Shown here: piece after piece, positions 49,367 to 50,264 of the stretch | Numbering within the stretch: position 1 is the first letter of the stretch | How the letters are laid out: every line of letters starts with the position of its first letter | Source of the DNA: Octopus bimaculoides | Taxonomy: Eukaryota | Reading direction: 5' to 3' | Length of the DNA stretch: 50,264 bases | Assembly (NCBI RefSeq): GCF_001194135.2 | Contig: NC_068984.1 | Location: 10,699,443-10,749,706 of the forward strand | Made by a program: the position numbers and the translations under genes | Notes under the pieces: model-generated | Told to the model about the DNA's origin: nothing | Seen by the model: only the letters and a program-made list of their open reading frames with translations | The model's database searches: none

Positions 49367-50152
49367 CAAACCATTTCATTTCACATCAAAAACTTTGCAG
49401 TTAAAAAGAATAAGAGAAAACTTTTCAGATATGAATAAAGTAGAAATATACAAGACTAAACATTATTTTCCCATCTTACTGTTAGCTTTGTTTCATTTTG
49501 AAAAATAAAAATTTATTTTATGGTTTATTATTGTTTATATTTTGAATTACATACATACGGGGCACCAAAACCTTTTTAAAGTGCTTAGGGCCTCAATGGG
49601 TCTTAATCTGGCTTTGGTGATGATTCTGTCATGTACAGTTCTCAGTTCACTAACAAATTTGAAGCTACCTTATCTGGCAATCTGAAATTGCTTATCTCTA
49701 CAGAGAATTAAAATGTTATCCCTTATCCAAGTCTTATCCTATCACAGCCTTCTAACTTCACTCATACCCAGTTCAAAACCACCATATCTGTAAATTTTCC
49801 AATTTCCTATCTCGTCTGTCTCTCTAACCATCATGACTAAGTGTCTACACATTTTGAGATATGAAATGATATTAAGCTTTGCCTGTTAGAATCTGATTGC
49901 TCAAGTGAATAACTTTTTGATAATCAGGTGATTGTGATGTGTGTGTGTATGCAATATATAAATATTATTATCATTATTACAAATTTTGGATTTTACCATT
50001 AGAACCGCAACTCCTATTTCAGGATAACCTCATTGTATGGAATACACAGAGAAAGTTATATCCAATAAAATAATATAAGCATTTAAAAAGCCTACTATAA
50101 AATACAATAAAATTATTTGAAAAGATATTTGAATAAAATCTATATAACTTAC

Positions 50153-50211
50153 CTGTTATTAGTCTGTGGGGAAAGAAGATATTTTTAATCAACACTACAC
50201 ATGTTTCTGCC
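50153..50211 (-). CDS. Candidate exon: 59 nt (AETCVVLIKNIFFPHRLIT) or 11-nt micro-exon 50153-50163
   Basis: Consensus donor CAG|GTAAGT at 50152; two possible acceptors (CCCCACCAG, TCTTCTTTCCCCACAG). Confidence 0.25.
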
Positions 50212-50232
50212 CTGGTGGGGAGTTTATAGAGG

Positions 50233-50264
<32 letters not shown>

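Larger units (their letters stand above)
46810..49840 (-). mobile_element. Ancient RTE-clade LINE ORF2 (APE endonuclease + RT), decayed and interrupted by younger elements
   Basis: Minus-frame motifs in order: ELGMSEVRR (~49750, weaker), SGADNGSDHY (~49010), DQQSGFWGMRS..IFEL..INE..FVSFLKVF (47440-47570), AKQGCVLFPFFFN (~47100), MDLADN (~46980). Confidence 0.8.

Overview
AT-rich animal genomic DNA that looks intronic or intergenic and is dominated by transposable elements and microsatellites. The repeat repertoire resembles an octopus or other coleoid cephalopod (inference from pattern recognition, no database search). No complete host gene, true tRNA/rRNA gene or CRISPR array could be established; only low-confidence candidate exons on both strands are listed. 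The window holds at least three tRNA-derived SINE families (labelled A, B, E here) and RTE-tailed non-autonomous elements (C, D). It also has decayed LINE/LTR coding remnants (RTE, R4/Dong-like, CR1/Jockey-like, Gypsy RT) and MITEs (mariner, Tc1, pogo/Tigger, piggyBac-like, and one with an 8-bp TSD). Main discovery: three short Penelope-like non-autonomous families (F, G, H), unrelated in sequence, each carry a minimal type-I hammerhead ribozyme fold with a palindromic, loopless helix III. Each has a different core: canonical CUGANGA in F, A6U in G, and a compensatory G3/C8 swap in H. Family F also has a tRNA-like Pol III head, and at all four loci it sits with an inverted copy of its own 3' tail inside one TSD pair, suggesting a ribozyme-bearing SINE mobilised by Penelope-type machinery. 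Separately, SINE B has inserted four times independently at almost the same site in SINE A. Two duplications flanking N gaps are assembly artefacts. Repeat boundaries are read by eye and approximate unless a TSD/TIR is quoted.
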